From IMG/VR virus record IMGVR_UViG_3300033175_000002: a DNA stretch of 64,000 nucleotides; one strand, given 5' to 3'. The stretch's first letter is position 1, and the number at the start of each line of letters is the position of its first letter. The stretch is from an uncultured virus (IMG/VR IMGVR_UViG_3300033175_000002). Its lineage: Duplodnaviria > Heunggongvirae > Uroviricota > Caudoviricetes. Position numbers and translations under genes: made by a program. Shown here piece after piece: positions 1 to 8,116 of this stretch. The notes below the pieces were generated by a model that saw only the letters and a program-made list of their open reading frames with translations, was not told where the DNA came from and did not search any database.

Positions 1-337
1 GTCGAATAAAATCGCTGCATAAGTGGGCGTTCTACCAGCTGAAAGAATTCGTGAGCTATAAGGCTCTAGCCGCAGGTATCCCTGTGATACTGGTAGAACC
101 TGCTTACACAAGCAAGACCTGTCATCGGTGTCATCGTATAGGGGATAGGAAAGGGAAAGAGTTCTCCTGTCCTTCGTGTGGTTGGAGTGGCGACGCGGAC
201 TTTAACGGTGCTCGAAACATTGCTGATCTCGGGGCTGTTGTAAACCAGCCCGGAGGTCCGGGGTTGTTCTGCTTAACTATGGCAGAAAAGATTCCAGGGC
301 TACAGAAAGCCCCGTCCTTCAGGGCGGGGTAGTTTAC
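1..337 (+). mobile_element. Right end of IS200/IS605-family element
   Basis: Subterminal hairpin GCCCCGTCC-TTCA-GGGCGGGGT (309-330) followed by AGTTTAC, overlapping the tnpB stop, typical right-end architecture. Confidence 0.8.
3..332 (+). CDS. tnpB: TnpB (IS200/IS605 RNA-guided nuclease), C-terminal part, truncated by window start
   Basis: Frame open from position 3: LHKWAFYQLKEFVSYKA...VEPAYTSKTCHRC...FSCPSCG...DADFNGARNI (zinc finger and RuvC-III motif); visibly lower GC than the rest of the window. Confidence 0.93.
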   Translation, partial: RIKSLHKWAFYQLKEFVSYKALAAGIPVILVEPAYTSKTCHRCHRIGDRKGKEFSCPSCGWSGDADFNGARNIADLGAVVNQPGGPGLFCLTMAEKIPGLQKAPSFRAG

Positions 338-410
338 ATCGGTTTTCTCCTTGGGCCGAGAGCTCGGTCCGGGCCGGGCGATCCCCGGCCCACTATCACA
401 TTTCTCGAAC

Positions 411-440
411 CGAAAAGTATATCTTAGACCGCATCTAAGA
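411..440 (+). promoter_or_regulatory. Archaeal BRE/TATA promoter with adjacent palindromic operator
   Basis: CGAAAAGTATATCT followed by inverted repeat TCTTAGA-N5-TCTAAGA (422-440). Confidence 0.6.
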
Positions 441-447
441 GCCTCTA

Positions 448-600
448 ACGGGTTTGAGGCGCGGTCTTCGGTAGGAATCGGAGCCATAAACCTCAAACCG
501 AGTGCCTCAGAGGCGATCGGCGGGGCTACTTCGATCTGCACTCGAATTGCCGTAAGGCTTTCCTCGTCGGACCTTTCCTCTGGGGCCGAACCCATCATCC
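448..600 (+). ncRNA. Candidate structured RNA / long leader upstream of Ro60 gene (possible Y RNA-like)
   Basis: Stems GGTTTGAGG/CCTCAAACC (451-499), GAGTGC/GCACTC (500-543), GCC-GTAA-GGC hairpin; lies between promoter and TROVE start. Confidence 0.4.
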
Positions 601-619
601 TTGCGTGCGAGGTGCAACT

Positions 620-2143
620 GTGTCCCGATCGACCGACCTATTTTCAAAACCGATTGACTACGATACCGTGAACGAGGATGGCTATCCAGCGTTCGAGGCG
701 ACCGCAGAGCGTCGGTACCTTCAGCTGTTGATGTGCAACACCCTGACCTCCCAGTTCTACGCGACCGAGGGCCGCCTCCTGGCCGAGTCGATCCGGTGGC
801 ACCGGATGGCGGCCGCCGCCGATCCGGAGTTCATGGCAAAGGCCCTGGTCTACACCCGGCAGAAGGGGTACATGAGGCTTCAGCCCGTTCTCGGCCTGGC
901 GATCCTGAGCGAGCTCGACGACAAGAGCTGGTTCCGAGCGGCGTTCCATAAGGTGATCCTCATCCCGTCCGACCTTCAGGACTTGTTCGTCATTCTGGAG
1001 TCGCTCGGCCGAGGCCACGGAGGCAGGTCGATCAAAGACGAGGTCTCGTCCTGGCTCCAGGGGTTGACCCCCTACTGGACGCTGAAGTACAACGGGCGGG
1101 GGCGCGGTTACAACCTGGCCGACATCGTCAGGCTGACCCATCCCATCCCGTCGACCCCAGAGCTGTCGACCCTGTTCCGATACCTCGCCCGGGGAGACGT
1201 CCCGCTGGAGGAGCTGCCCGACCAACTCCGGTACTTCGAGATGGCGAAACGGACCGGGACCCCCAACGACCGGGCCCAGGCCATAGCCCAGGGGCGCCTC
1301 CCTCACGAGGTCGTCACCGGGACGTTCAATATGGATCCGACCCTCTGGTCGGTCCTCGTCCCGAACCTTCCGCTGGGGGCGTTGCTCCGGTTCCTGAGAA
1401 CCCTCGAACGTCATCAGGTCCTCGATGAGCATCGGGGCCCCATCACCGAGCGACTCATGAACCCTTCCGCCATCAAGGCGGCAAAACTGCATCCGGTAGC
1501 GCTCTACAAAGCCTGGTCGGCCGTGTCGGCCCACTGGCTCAAAGCAGCCCTTGAGGGTGCGATCTCGGAGTCGGTCAAGTCGTTGCCCCGGATCCCAGGC
1601 CGGACCGCTATCCTGCTCGATACCTCCGGCAGCATGGCGGGCGTTCAGGCGTTGGCGGCCCTGTTCGCTCTCACACTTCATGAACAGAGCGCCGACGCCG
1701 TCCTGATCGAGTTCGGCTCCGCTGCCCAGGCAATCCCCGTCTCCGAGATGATCGCGTCGAAAGGGTTCCTCGGTGCAGCCTCCGGGTTCGAGGCCATGGG
1801 CTACACTGACCTGGGGGCGCCGATCAGGATGCTGCATCAGCTCCGGCCCACCGTCGACCACGTCGTCGTAGTGACTGACGAGCAGCAGAACGCCGGACCG
1901 AGGTTCGTCGAAGAGATGAAGACCCTCCGGGCCGCGACCGAGACCCCGGTCCGGTCGGTGGTCGTTGACGTTCAGGCCGCTCGGGGGGCAATCGCCCCTC
2001 CTGACGACCCGTTGACCTGGTGGGTCTACGGCTGGTCCGACATCGTCCCCACTCACGTTTGGTCAATCCTGACCCAGAACTTAGACCAGTCCGGAGAGGT
2101 CCGGGCCGTTCAGCTCGACTTCGCCGAGGAGGAGGAGGCTTAA
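620..2143 (+). CDS. TROVE-domain protein with C-terminal vWA domain (Ro60/Rsr-like RNA-binding protein)
   Basis: VNEDGYPAF, LMCNTLTSQFYA, DPEFMAKALVYTR..GYMRLQP, DIVRLTHP, ALLRFLRTL, LLDTSGSM (MIDAS), VTDEQQN; GTG at 620 after GAGGTG. Confidence 0.92.
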   Translation: MSRSTDLFSKPIDYDTVNEDGYPAFEATAERRYLQLLMCNTLTSQFYATEGRLLAESIRWHRMAAAADPEFMAKALVYTRQKGYMRLQPVLGLAILSELDDKSWFRAAFHKVILIPSDLQDLFVILESLGRGHGGRSIKDEVSSWLQGLTPYWTLKYNGRGRGYNLADIVRLTHPIPSTPELSTLFRYLARGDVPLEELPDQLRYFEMAKRTGTPNDRAQAIAQGRLPHEVVTGTFNMDPTLWSVLVPNLPLGALLRFLRTLERHQVLDEHRGPITERLMNPSAIKAAKLHPVALYKAWSAVSAHWLKAALEGAISESVKSLPRIPGRTAILLDTSGSMAGVQALAALFALTLHEQSADAVLIEFGSAAQAIPVSEMIASKGFLGAASGFEAMGYTDLGAPIRMLHQLRPTVDHVVVVTDEQQNAGPRFVEEMKTLRAATETPVRSVVVDVQAARGAIAPPDDPLTWWVYGWSDIVPTHVWSILTQNLDQSGEVRAVQLDFAEEEEA

Positions 2144-2146
2144 CTC

Positions 2147-2446
2147 ATGGCACCTGATATGGAACTCGATTATCGGCTCGGTAAGATGTCGAGCCGAGAC
2201 ATAACGTATCTGAGGGGGAGGACGGGCCGGTACGGCAACCCCCGCGATCCGAAAGACCCCGGCGTCTCGATCCGGGTCAAAGGCTGCTCCTTCGACTGGG
2301 AGACCCGGATGGAAGTCGTCGCACCAGGCAAACCGACGAAACAAGTCAAAATCCTCTGCCCGTGGCTGAAGATCGAGTCGACCGACCCGAGTTTCCCCGG
2401 TGAGATGTGGATTCGGCTCGGTGACCCCGATCTTCATCTCGATTAA
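2147..2446 (+). CDS. Hypothetical protein
   Basis: 99-aa ORF tightly packed between TROVE and SET-like genes. Confidence 0.6.
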   Translation: MAPDMELDYRLGKMSSRDITYLRGRTGRYGNPRDPKDPGVSIRVKGCSFDWETRMEVVAPGKPTKQVKILCPWLKIESTDPSFPGEMWIRLGDPDLHLD

Positions 2447-2476
2447 GTAGTGCCTGAAAAAGTGCGAGGTGTAATC

Positions 2477-3406
2477 GTGTCCCAAAAGTTCTCTCTCCAG
2501 ACAGGTTCCGGGATGCCGGAACTCGTAGCGACCGCCCCCATCAAAAAGGACGAATGGGTGGGGACGTTCGCAGAAAAGGATAGCCTCCGGACAATCATTG
2601 GTATCGAGTCGGCCGCGACCTGGGAGTGCGACGGTCGGGCCCCCTGGCCGAAGATCTATTTCGGCGGAGGCCGGTACAGCTGGCCCGTCCTGGCCAAGAT
2701 GTACTACCTCTCCCCGTCGTCGACGCCGAACGTCGGGATCAGTAGGCAGATCGACCTGATCGCCCTGACGGACATCCCGGCTGGCGCCGTCCTGACCTAC
2801 GACCCGGCGACCGTCGTCCCCCACGGGAACGTCGCCCCGCTCCTGGACGCGGAGCCTCGGTACTTTGGATGCCTGTCGCCCACTCAGATCCGGGCTCTAG
2901 CGTCGGTCATACCCCTCCCAGTCCTGACCGAGTTCGGCGACTTCATCGATCCGCCGTCGATGATCCTCGTCGGGCGGGATCGGGTCGAGGCGGAGGAGCT
3001 CCGGGCCGCCCTAAACTCCATCCTCGGGGAGACCGGCCGTTCGTTTGAGGGGGCGCTGTCTTGGATCTACCCCGATCCACCGACCGGGGCGACTCTGGAC
3101 CGCCTCGGTGACTGGGGCGCCCGCAAAGAGTTTCTTTTCCGTGAGTGGGCGGGGTCGCCCATCGTAGCCGCCGGGGGGGCGGTCGAAGCCCTCGGGCTGA
3201 TGAACCTGTCCGGGCTGGGTTGGTACACCCACCGAGGCACCTCGATCGCCCGGATCCCCGACCCTCGGACGGTCGAGCCGGCGGCCGCCCAGAAGATCGC
3301 AGAATTCTTTCGAGTGGCTCCCGGGGACGCGAGCTTCGTTCACCAGTCGACCGTCGGGCGGGTCCGGATCAGGCCCCTCCCTACCGCCGGGTTCCCGAGG
3401 ATCTGA
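2477..3406 (+). CDS. Protein with degenerate N-terminal SET-like domain and unknown alpha/beta C-terminal domain
   Basis: LVATAPIKKDEWV...YYLSPSSTPNV...LIALTDIPAGAVLTYD follows the SET pattern (ATRDIxxGE...NHSCxPN...ALRDIxxGEELTYDY); GTG start after GTGCGAGGTG. Confidence 0.65.
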   Translation: MSQKFSLQTGSGMPELVATAPIKKDEWVGTFAEKDSLRTIIGIESAATWECDGRAPWPKIYFGGGRYSWPVLAKMYYLSPSSTPNVGISRQIDLIALTDIPAGAVLTYDPATVVPHGNVAPLLDAEPRYFGCLSPTQIRALASVIPLPVLTEFGDFIDPPSMILVGRDRVEAEELRAALNSILGETGRSFEGALSWIYPDPPTGATLDRLGDWGARKEFLFREWAGSPIVAAGGAVEALGLMNLSGLGWYTHRGTSIARIPDPRTVEPAAAQKIAEFFRVAPGDASFVHQSTVGRVRIRPLPTAGFPRI

Positions 3407-3423
3407 GCGAGGGGGTCAGCTGA

Positions 3424-3699
3424 ATGCCCAATTCAGAGCTGAAGCGGATCTACAAGATGTACCCCCATGCGCCTAAGGCGGTCCGGTTCGTGGCCGAGAA
3501 CCCTGGATCCACTCTGAACCAGATTATGGTCGGAGCCGAAATGTCGTACCGGGTCGCGATCGAGACAGTGACCGCGCTTAGGGTGGTCGATGAGCTCATC
3601 CCGGCCCAGGTCCGAGGATTGACCCTCTGGTGGAGACGGGGCCAGGATATGACCGTCGCCGTCGATCCGGTCGACCCCGGTACGGGAGGCGACCCATGA
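3424..3699 (+). CDS. Winged helix-turn-helix protein
   Basis: AVRFVAENPGSTLNQIMVGAEMSYRVAIETVTAL followed by beta-wing with WW. Confidence 0.65.
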   Translation: MPNSELKRIYKMYPHAPKAVRFVAENPGSTLNQIMVGAEMSYRVAIETVTALRVVDELIPAQVRGLTLWWRRGQDMTVAVDPVDPGTGGDP

Positions 3700-3998
3700 C
3701 CCCTCCTCCCCCGGCTAGACTTGAGGTCGTGGCTTACGTTCCGTCCCAGGGGTTCCACGTGCTCGAGCTTCAGATCGATAACCCGAACCCTCTTTCCAGG
3801 TGGTTCGGACCGGCGTCCGAGCTGCCGGTGAAGGCCCCGGTTCGCCTCAGGTTCGCGTCGGCCGAGAAGGCAGTTCTCGAAATCGTCCGGACCAACGTCG
3901 AGGAGCTGGCCGAAGCCCTTCTCTCCCTGGAGGGGGGCGGTGTTCTGGTCGACCCGACGGTCTGGGATGCGATGAGGGCGGCGGGGGCGCCGGGCTGA
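3696..3998 (+). CDS. Hypothetical protein
   Basis: ATGA overlap with upstream stop; coding-like composition. Confidence 0.6.
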   Translation: MTPPPPARLEVVAYVPSQGFHVLELQIDNPNPLSRWFGPASELPVKAPVRLRFASAEKAVLEIVRTNVEELAEALLSLEGGGVLVDPTVWDAMRAAGAPG

Positions 3999-4040
3999 CC
4001 CCCGGCACCCTTAAATATCATAATCGCCAACTAGAGACTT

Positions 4041-4200
4041 GAGACCTGCCTAGGCAGGTCGCCCGGGCGCGGGGATGAGATAGTCTCCAGATACCCTTTC
4101 CGTCAGGGGCGGACGGGGTGTCCTCCAGATACAAGACTTTCTAAACAGCATCTCGCACTGGCTGTCCCCGCCCCGGCCGCACCTCATACGGCTTTTCTCC
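4041..4200 (+). ncRNA. Candidate stand-alone small structured RNA
   Basis: TTAAATA box at 4011, 18-bp palindrome 4043-4060, long imperfect nested hairpin ~4062-4177, TTTTCT at 4193; a separate promoter follows at ~4214. Confidence 0.45.
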
Positions 4201-4250
4201 AAATTCGAGATCCAAAAGGTACATATAATGTGAGCTATATAGGGTGATCT

Positions 4251-4820
4251 ATGGTCCGGTATACGGTAGATCGGGCCGAGTGCGAGGTGAACCTTTTGGA
4301 AGACGTGTCCCATAGATTAGATGCCGAAGTCGTATCGGCCCCGACCACAGAGCAGAAACCGTCATGTAGATGCCAGATTGATCAGTTCAGGAAAGACCAT
4401 CGTCATGGGTTCGAAGACCCCGGAAACATTCCCCGGAAAGATCCCGGCTCGCCCGCAAAACCGCGGTCCCCCTCTATAACGGTGACCTCGTACCGGTTGG
4501 AGGGGCTGGAGCCGGCTTCGCTGACCGACGCAGTCGCCCGGATGAAGAAGGCCCGGGCTCAGGTGACGGTGGCCAAACTCGAGCTGCACGATGCTGAGGT
4601 CGAGCTCAAAGATTCCGAGGCCGAGCATCGAAGTCAGGGGTTGGAGGGGTCGAACGAGAAGCAGAGGGAGGCCGACCTCCGCTTGAAGATCGGGCCGCAG
4701 GTGGCCCGAGTCTCGGATGCAAAACGAATCCTTATCTTGGCCCGGGGCGATTTCGCGAACGCCGTTGCGGACGTCCGGCTGGCCGAATCCCTGATCGATC
4801 TCGCAAAAGCAGTGAGGTGA
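4251..4820 (+). CDS. Coiled-coil hypothetical protein (start uncertain)
   Basis: Promoter-like AAAAGGTACATATA and GGGTGAT RBS upstream; helical C-terminus with GSNEKQREA motif. Confidence 0.6.
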   Translation: MVRYTVDRAECEVNLLEDVSHRLDAEVVSAPTTEQKPSCRCQIDQFRKDHRHGFEDPGNIPRKDPGSPAKPRSPSITVTSYRLEGLEPASLTDAVARMKKARAQVTVAKLELHDAEVELKDSEAEHRSQGLEGSNEKQREADLRLKIGPQVARVSDAKRILILARGDFANAVADVRLAESLIDLAKAVR

Positions 4821-4824
4821 GCCG

Positions 4825-5235
4825 GTGGCAAACCCAATTCCGAAGAGCACAATCCGCAAAGTCATGGGGGGTCGTCTCCCCCCAGACATGCAGGTCGCGA
4901 AATCGGCGGTGGTCGATATGCAGGCCGCCACGATCGAGTTCATCGAATCCATGACTGACCGAGCCTGCTCTCTGGCCCGGGCCCGGATCATGTTGCGGCG
5001 TCCCGGTCACGACCGGGGTACCCGGCTGACCCTGGAGGACGTCCAGACTGCGCTGAATTACTCGCCCGACGAGCTGCCTCAACCCGTGACCGACCCCGAC
5101 CTGGCGGCTCTCGTGATCGGGTTCGCCCTGAACGTCCAGGACGAGCTCTTCACAAAAGAGGAGCTGCGGGAGATGGCCGACGAGATCCTCGTTCGCATGA
5201 AGTACAGGGGCCGGGGACCGGAGGGTGAAAAGTGA
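4825..5235 (+). CDS. Histone-fold protein with C-terminal extension
   Basis: IPKSTIRKVM...QVAKSAVVDMQAATIEFIESMTDRACSLA...TRLTLEDVQTAL matches archaeal histone/NF-YB helix pattern; GAGGTGA RBS. Confidence 0.75.
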   Translation: MANPIPKSTIRKVMGGRLPPDMQVAKSAVVDMQAATIEFIESMTDRACSLARARIMLRRPGHDRGTRLTLEDVQTALNYSPDELPQPVTDPDLAALVIGFALNVQDELFTKEELREMADEILVRMKYRGRGPEGEK

Positions 5236-5510
5236 CCCTATACTCGGCCGACATGGATAACAAGGCCGCTACCGAACGATATTACGCTGCGTGCGAACAG
5301 CGGCGCCCGTTCGTGATCCTCCGGCCAAGAATTTTTCCGGATGGTGACCAGTGGTGCGTCCTCTTGGGGGAGGATCTCCAGAGCGGAGTCGCTGGGTTCG
5401 GGAATACCCCCGATGCCGCCTCAAGAGATTTCGACCGGAACTGGTCGTCGATGCGTGTTGGGCAATTTGGATCGAAAACCTCCCCTGGAGAGCTGGAGGG
5501 GGGCAAGTGA
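5232..5510 (+). CDS. Hypothetical phage protein
   Basis: GTGA overlap; DGDQWCVLLGEDLQSGVAGFGNTP motif resembles small phage proteins. Confidence 0.6.
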   Translation: MTLYSADMDNKAATERYYAACEQRRPFVILRPRIFPDGDQWCVLLGEDLQSGVAGFGNTPDAASRDFDRNWSSMRVGQFGSKTSPGELEGGK

Positions 5511-6121
5511 CCCTCCTTCATACCCAGCTTTACGTTGTAGACGCCACCCCTTACGCGGACCACTGGCCGGTCCGGAACCCTCCCGGCCTACAACCCCTAC
5601 CCAAACCAGTCGGGGGCCTATGGACGTCGACTTACGACAAGGCGAAAGGGAGCGAGTGGGTTCAGTGGTGTCTCAGAGAGGGTTGGGGGGTCCCACCAGG
5701 CCAGGTCTGGGACTGCTGCCTCATCGAGCCCGGGGAGACCCTGAAAATCTGCGAGATCAATTCGTTCGACGATCTGCTGCTGATCCACTCAAAGTTCGGT
5801 CGGCCCGGGTCGGAGGAGCTGACCATCGCCTGCGGGCCTGACCTCGATCCGATACCCCTCTTCAAACCGGTCTGGGCCCACCTCGACTTCGAAGAGATGG
5901 CCCGTCACTATAACGCTATCCATCTGACTGCGGTCGGTGCGCTCGAAACCCGGTTCACCAATCCGGGCCTATATGGATGGGACTGCGAGTCGACGGTCTG
6001 GCTTAGGCCGGAATCCCTGACGGTCCGCCCCCTCGGCCCGGTCCGGTTCGATCCGGTGGAGGAGGTGGAGCCAGAGTTTGATCCGAACCTGGTAGAGACG
6101 GAAGACGAGACCGGGGGGTAG
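5507..6121 (+). CDS. Hypothetical phage protein (KPxGGLWTS motif)
   Basis: GTGA overlap; KPVGGLWTS...LDFEEMARHYNAIHLT...LYGWDCESTVWL. Confidence 0.65.
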   Translation: MTLLHTQLYVVDATPYADHWPVRNPPGLQPLPKPVGGLWTSTYDKAKGSEWVQWCLREGWGVPPGQVWDCCLIEPGETLKICEINSFDDLLLIHSKFGRPGSEELTIACGPDLDPIPLFKPVWAHLDFEEMARHYNAIHLTAVGALETRFTNPGLYGWDCESTVWLRPESLTVRPLGPVRFDPVEEVEPEFDPNLVETEDETGG

Positions 6122-6332
6122 GAGCGGTTATGTCTATAAACGGATTCGATTACATGGAACTCGCCCGGCGACTTGCGGTTATCGGGCCGGCGAGACGCTC
6201 GGCCCGCGATAAGACCCGGCCGCGGCAGCTCTACGTCCACCCGGCGTTCAGGGAATTGGTAGACGGTCTACGGGGCGTCGGGCCGAACCGGGGCGGGACC
6301 CTGAGGCCTGGACGGTTCGATCAGGTGGTCGA

Positions 6333-6605
6333 ATGAGGGGGAACGGTTCTGCCGTCCACCCCTTGGCCGCGATCTCGTTCGAGCTTTGCGATTGCGCCTC
6401 CGTCCTCCTGGAGGAGATCGCCCGGCCCGAGTCGACCCGCAAGGACGTGGCGATTACGTACTCCCTGGCTCTGAGATCGTCTGAACCGGTTGACTGGGCT
6501 GCCGTGAATCGGGCGATCCTGGGCCGGTGGGAAAAGTCGTCCCTGATATGGATCAAGGACCGGGCATGGAAGCTCGCCGAAGGCAAGCCCGTTCGGTGGC
6601 GATGA
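6333..6605 (+). CDS. Hypothetical protein
   Basis: Operon-packed ORF with ATGA overlaps. Confidence 0.55.
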   Translation: MRGNGSAVHPLAAISFELCDCASVLLEEIARPESTRKDVAITYSLALRSSEPVDWAAVNRAILGRWEKSSLIWIKDRAWKLAEGKPVRWR

Positions 6606-6796
6606 CCCTCAGTTTGGACGTCGCCCCCCACATCGAGCAGGCGTTTCGGGCGGAGGTGGGCAAACGGCTCGGCCTCCGAAAGGGTAACCTGAAGCGGGCC
6701 ATGGAAGAGGCCATCGTCGTCTGGATAGCATTCCCTGAGTTCGCGGAGGCTGCTCGGAGCTGCCTGGAGGGTGAAATCCCTCCACCAGACCCTTAA
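6602..6796 (+). CDS. Ribbon-helix-helix DNA-binding protein
   Basis: MTLSLDVAPHIEQAFRAEV...KGNLKRAMEEAIVVWI, archaeal RHH pattern. Confidence 0.7.
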   Translation: MTLSLDVAPHIEQAFRAEVGKRLGLRKGNLKRAMEEAIVVWIAFPEFAEAARSCLEGEIPPPDP

Positions 6797-7177
6797 TTTA
6801 TCCCATCCATTTTTATAAACCCATTTCCGACCCCGTAACGTATAGGGTTGCGGTACGAACCCCCCACCATTCTCATAGTGTCCGGAACGGTCGAGTTGGG
6901 ACCCTGCATTCGCCCGGTTCGATAAAATAGCAAGCTCCCCTCCTCCTCCCGCCCCCTCCCCCAGACCCCCACCCCCACCCACCTCCACCCTGGCCCCGCG
7001 CATCGGGGCCTATATCCCATAAGAATAGTTCTTCAGATGAACCGATCTTGAGCTGTTAGACCGAGCAACCTTACACCTGAAAGGCTGAATAACCGTCCAA
7101 CCCCTCCGAAAAACCCTCGAAACGCTTTTAAGCCCAGCCCCCCACTATATACTGACGATCTGGAGGACATAGCTGAG

Positions 7178-7627
7178 ATGCGAGAAATCAAGGTGCCGAG
7201 GGTCGAGCTGACAGATGAGGCTCGGCTGCTGCTGGATGCCGAGGTCCTGCTCAGCGGCCGGGACATGAAATCGATCGTCTCTGAGCTGATCGTCCAGAAC
7301 GCTAGCCCGCGGGCCCGAGACATTGCGTTCTTGGTGGTCGCAGGGGAACCCCAAACGCCGTCCAGTCGGCCGGCGAACCCCCCCACTCCAGACCCACCCA
7401 GGACCAACTCGTCAGGCCCGGCGGCCGTAGGCCGGACCCAGAAGATCGCCATCCGGCACGACCCCGAAGCCCAAATCCTAATTCGGCGCCGGTGGGCGGA
7501 GAACCCCCGGCCCACCTACCGGTCGATCGCGGAAGATCTGGGTCGGGCCGAGTCGGCCGTCTACAACTGGATACACCGATACCTCCTCGATGAGGAGGAT
7601 GCCGTCGAGGAGGGAGGAGGAGAATAA
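7178..7627 (+). CDS. Transcription regulator (N-terminal RHH-like, Pro-rich linker, C-terminal HTH)
   Basis: PTYRSIAEDLGRAESAVYNWIHRY HTH; GGAGG RBS; TTTTAAG box upstream. Confidence 0.7.
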   Translation: MREIKVPRVELTDEARLLLDAEVLLSGRDMKSIVSELIVQNASPRARDIAFLVVAGEPQTPSSRPANPPTPDPPRTNSSGPAAVGRTQKIAIRHDPEAQILIRRRWAENPRPTYRSIAEDLGRAESAVYNWIHRYLLDEEDAVEEGGGE

Positions 7628-8007
7628 TGTCGACCCAAACCATGAACCCCGGACCGGGCTACTCGGTCAGTTGGTACGAACTCCGGTCGCTCGGGGTCCG
7701 GTCCCCTCCGGACCACCGGTCAGAGCTGGCGGCCGACGTGGGCATGGAAGTGAGGGGGTCGGGCGACGGTGCCTTGATCCCGGTATCGTCCGTCTCGACG
7801 ATGACTTGGGTCTCGGAGGAGCAGTGCACCACGATCGTAGTCGCCCGGCCGGCTGCCCCGTCCTCCGTTCCCGCGTCCGGCCAAGAGTTTCAGACCGTCC
7901 TCGGGGGCCTCGTCCATCAGGCCGGCCTCCGGATCGAACGGTACTCCCTCGATCCCGCCGGTCAGCTGGTCGACCTGATCCTGATCCGGCACGACCCCGT
8001 CAGCTGA
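7627..8007 (+). CDS. Hypothetical protein
   Basis: TAATG overlap with upstream gene. Confidence 0.55.
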   Translation: MSTQTMNPGPGYSVSWYELRSLGVRSPPDHRSELAADVGMEVRGSGDGALIPVSSVSTMTWVSEEQCTTIVVARPAAPSSVPASGQEFQTVLGGLVHQAGLRIERYSLDPAGQLVDLILIRHDPVS

Positions 8008-8014
8008 CGGTCTT

Positions 8015-8113
8015 CCCAGATCGGCCCGTAATTCGCGCAAAGTATATATGCGGTTCGGGCCATAAGGATATGTAGAACCCCCAGCCCGGAAGGGTGGGGG
8101 CGTGCGAGGTGCA
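8015..8113 (+). promoter_or_regulatory. Early promoter/leader module copy 1
   Basis: CCCAGATC-N5-GTAATTCGCGCAAAGTATATATG, GGAA-loop hairpin, GTGCGAGGTGCA; near-identical to 11688-11795. Confidence 0.75.
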
Positions 8114-8116
8114 AAA

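Noticed and set aside
500..543. Possible tRNA gene (TTCGA word)
   Set aside because: No 5-bp T stem or cloverleaf could be built by eye
7379..7395. 15-16 nt complementarity of regulator mRNA to late-gene leaders (31658-31673, 44959-44973)
   Set aside because: Low-complexity C-rich sequence encoding a Pro-rich linker; chance is a sufficient explanation
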